Positions 62,001-64,000 of a stretch of DNA of 64,000 bases are shown piece by piece. Each line of letters starts with the position of its first letter. The first letter of the stretch is position 1. Position numbers and translations under genes: made by a program. The notes under the pieces were generated by a model, which saw only the letters and a list, made by a program, of their open reading frames with translations, was not told where the DNA came from and did not search any database. The DNA comes from Longimicrobiales bacterium (GTDB taxonomy: Bacteria > Gemmatimonadota > Gemmatimonadetes > Longimicrobiales > Gaopeijiaceae), in the NCBI GenBank assembly GCA_965116905.1, contig OZ220732.1:3008001-3072000 (forward strand). Reading direction: 5' to 3'.

Positions 62001-62293
62001 CCCCACGCGAAGCGCAGGGTAACGAGGCTGACGCCCTCCTGGGACACCGAGGTCACCTTCTCGACCCCGGGCACCGCGGCCGCTTGCTGCTCGACACGCT
62101 CCGTCACGAGGCGTTCGACCTCGGCGGGTGCCACGTTCGGATACCCGGTGTAGACAACAAGACGCGGAAAGCTCACATCGGGTAGCAGGTCGATCGGCAA
62201 CCGTGTAAACGATATGCCGCCCAGGAGGACGACAGCCATCACGAGCATCGCGACGGCGACGGGACGCCGTGTAGAGGTTCTCGGCACCGACAT
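59000..62293 (-). CDS. RND efflux permease (first subunit)
   Basis: RRPVAV, LPIDLLP, GMLVDNSIIVLENI, AQFESF.HP, RLRPIVMTT. Confidence 0.93.
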   Translation of the reverse strand: MSVPRTSTRRPVAVAMLVMAVVLLGGISFTRLPIDLLPDVSFPRLVVYTGYPNVAPAEVERLVTERVEQQAAAVPGVEKVTSVSQEGVSLVTLRFAWGTDMDFAALNVRERLDNIRDQFPETADRPTILRVDPQAEPILTISLTGGGDLLENKEVAEDVFRRRLEQLEGVAQASVTGGLDREIHIEVDPPRLEANGITLAEVSRALEQANYSARGGTILRGRYRYPLRTLGEFQTVEEIADVVVGRQQLGGQGESGQQSGEEETAFRLVRLGDIATVVDGFAEREEIARYNGFESVGLLVFKEAGANTVAVSEDVQETLDLLKEQYPDFTAEIAYNQATFIDESISNVVQALILGGLLAFVVLFFFLRDPRYPVAIALAIPISVVGTFALMDAFGVSLNIMSLGGLALGVGMLVDNSIIVLENIFRHRQLGAGPLEAAARGAEEVQGAITASTLTTISVFGPIIYVQGVAGELFGALSLAVAFSLLASLAVALTLLPSMAAHFKGGGQAAEEYAEPSAPARPRPSTLLGRIGWLVVGLLRLPIRAVAGVASLVPQLVRFWLELGNRVLSTVFGPFFRVFDRLFRAFAAWYHGVLARSLDRRGTVLTVAAGALGGCLLLAVGLDRDLLPNVDQGAFDVRVELAEGTQLQATAESVESLERRMIDDAQVAAVFSHIGRDVQARGDEGQASGLHTATIQVRLDDAALTEEVVARAQNVASEFPAGTLSFETGQATALGHILGGGEADIAVRVRGENLVDAYRFAQDVRQGLSGLPEVRNVRIGSERGQPQFQVSIDAEAAANYNIDPRVVAETIESAMRGDRATEFVDFDRKIAVMVRLPDFLRHDASTLDMLRVEGVPLRELVTIRETVGPAEIRREDQGRVVTVYADVASGGLGDAIVAIEGTLAGMQPPRDIRVDVGGENEEMRRSFRDLAFAFGLALLLVYMILAAQFESFVHPFTILMAVPLALVGAILALVLTGEGLNTMSLIGIVILVGIVVNDAIVKVDFINQGIARGLSLRDAILEAGEVRLRPIVMTTVTTVLGLLPMALGIGRGADLRAPMAISVIGGLLVATALTLIVVPVVYSVIEDARRGWRSRRP

Positions 62294-62296
62294 CGG

Positions 62297-63730
62297 TCAG
62301 TTCCGATCCAGCGAGGTATCGATCCCGGCCTCCTGGCCGACGATACCGGCGGCTTCGTAGAGCCCCAGCAGCGCGCCCGCGAACTCGAAGCGCTGATCCA
62401 GGGCGTCCCGGAGTGCCGAGGCCTCTTCGCGGATCGCCGCTCTCAGGTCCTCGATGGACTTGGTGGCCAGGCGGTACTCCTCCTGGACGATGCCAAGCCG
62501 CTCGGTAGCGATCTCCAGCCGCCTGGTGCGTTCGCGAAGACTCGCCCATGCGGCTTCGAGGTCCACGTACCGGGCGCGAATCTGCTCCTCGAGTTCGAGT
62601 TCGGCCTGGCGGAGGGTCTCACCCGCGTTCCTCAGGTCGACATCGGCCGCAGCGATCGCACGCGACGTGGTGAAGCGGCTGAAGACCGGAATGGACACGC
62701 TGAGGCTCAGACCGCCGTTGAAGTCTTCGGGATCAAAGGCGAACAACTCTGTCCCGTCGGGTCCGAACGAGCCGCGACTGATGCTCGTGTTCAGCGACAA
62801 CGTCGGCCAGCGGTCGGATCTCTGGCCACTGAGAGCGGCCCGGCGGACTTCCAGCGTGGCGTTGGCCGCACCGACGGTTGGGCTCTCCCGCAAAGCGAGA
62901 TCAACCAGGCCATCGACATCCAGGTCAGCCGGATCAAAGGACTCGGGCTGCCGTTGCTCGACGTCGAGCGCCGCGAGCGCGGGATCGCCGATGGCTTTCC
63001 GGAGGGCGAGCAAACCCTTTCGGTAGTTCGCCTGCGCCGTGTTGAGGGACAGGCGCTGAGTCTCGAGTTCCAACTCGGTCGCCAGCAAGTCGGATCGCCC
63101 GATCGATGCGAGCTCGAAGAGGCTGGTGGACAACTCCAAATCGCGCTGGCGGGCCGCCAGCAGTTCCATCTCCACTTCGAGGCGGGCCTTCTGGCGTTGG
63201 GCGACCAGGAACTGCCGCTGAACCTCCGCGAGAATCGAATTCAGTTCTCTGCTTGCCGTGAGCCGGTCGGCGTGCGCCTGCGCGCGGGCCTGTCCGAGTT
63301 GGTGAAACCGGCTCCCTCCGCTGAAGAGCTGAACCCCCAACGACGCGCTCTGATTGGTAGAGGACGAGGTGATGGTTCTCACTTCCGGGTTTTCGAGCGG
63401 GTTGCCAAAGAAATCGAGCGCCGTGCTCTCTCTCCGGAAGTTCTGGCCCGTGCGATAGGACAATGACAGATCCGGCAGAAACCTCCCCAGCGCCTCCCGC
63501 CGCTGCGGCTCGGCCAGATCCATCCGGTTGACCTCCTGCCGATACCGAGGGTTGTGCTCGGCCGCGCGGCGAAGCGCTTCCTGCAGCGTAAGGACCGTGA
63601 CCTCTTCGTCCGCCCCCATCTCCTGCGCGCCAGCCCGCTGCCCGCCAGCAAAAACGACCCCGGCGGCAACAACAATCAGCACCTGGCGAATCGTCGCGGC
63701 CCGTGTCGGGCAAACCCCTCGCCCCATCAT
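62297..63730 (-). CDS. TolC family outer membrane protein
   Basis: LTLQEAL..A..HNP, FLPDLSL, WPTLSL, SIPVF; ATG overlaps the upstream stop. Confidence 0.87.
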   Translation of the reverse strand: MMGRGVCPTRAATIRQVLIVVAAGVVFAGGQRAGAQEMGADEEVTVLTLQEALRRAAEHNPRYRQEVNRMDLAEPQRREALGRFLPDLSLSYRTGQNFRRESTALDFFGNPLENPEVRTITSSSTNQSASLGVQLFSGGSRFHQLGQARAQAHADRLTASRELNSILAEVQRQFLVAQRQKARLEVEMELLAARQRDLELSTSLFELASIGRSDLLATELELETQRLSLNTAQANYRKGLLALRKAIGDPALAALDVEQRQPESFDPADLDVDGLVDLALRESPTVGAANATLEVRRAALSGQRSDRWPTLSLNTSISRGSFGPDGTELFAFDPEDFNGGLSLSVSIPVFSRFTTSRAIAAADVDLRNAGETLRQAELELEEQIRARYVDLEAAWASLRERTRRLEIATERLGIVQEEYRLATKSIEDLRAAIREEASALRDALDQRFEFAGALLGLYEAAGIVGQEAGIDTSLDRN

Positions 63731-64000
63731 CGGGTCGGCCTCCCGCCCGCTTCCTCCGGGTCCGCTACAAGCTCGACCGCGGCGTCGTGTGGCAGGTAGT
63801 AGTGTCCGTCCACCAGCACGATTTCGCCGGGAGCGACCCAGTCTTCGTCCCCCTCGATGAGTTCGACGAGCCGTTCGTTTTCCAGCCCCGGCGTCACGTA
63901 TCGCCACTTGGCCCTGCCGTCCTCGAGCACGAAGAGGTGGGTGCGGCGGTCCGCGGTCTCCAGGATCGCGGTGCGCGGCACCAGAATGCGGTCCGGGAAC
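63727..64000 (-). CDS. RND periplasmic adaptor, C-terminal part (truncated by window edge)
   Basis: LVPRTAIL..R..LFV..G.AKWRYV..G..N...GE.VLVDGH. Confidence 0.8.
   Translation of the reverse strand, partial: FPDRILVPRTAILETADRRTHLFVLEDGRAKWRYVTPGLENERLVELIEGDEDWVAPGEIVLVDGHYYLPHDAAVELVADPEEAGGRPTR

Overview
High-GC bacterial chromosomal segment; gene style and content suggest Gemmatimonadota, possibly a marine or host-associated lineage (inference, not verified). It is densely coding, with about 45 CDS and one tRNA (CAU, probably Ile2). No integrase, transposase, prophage or CRISPR array is visible. Housekeeping genes: ligD polymerase domain, prlC, glnS-YqeY, ggt, csp, arfB-like, recQ, upp, rluB, scpAB, rpsT, pyrR-pyrB-pyrC, tadA, lexA-like, gltX. 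Envelope and accessory genes: two RND/TolC systems (one with two permeases), two TonB-dependent receptors, two barrel-less TonB-plug proteins, a DUF1592-DUF1552-ankyrin operon, DUF5916, and VPS10/BNR and FG-GAP propeller proteins. The most interesting candidate system (40722-43946) is a small exported leader ORF with a Cys/His cluster ending in the ribosome-arrest motif RAPP (CruR/DUF2946-like). It is followed by a hairpin, a ZnuD-like TonB receptor and a His-rich lipoprotein, and may be a metal-sensing translational switch. Other notable points: a LexA homolog lacking the self-cleavage site and catalytic dyad; a PyrC with multiple active-site substitutions (probable inactive PyrC'); synonymous AT-rich micro-patches inside genes; many short tandem duplications; and two lesions at about 31.0-31.2 kb and 34.57 kb that may be assembly errors. 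All family calls come from motif recognition by eye, without database searches.
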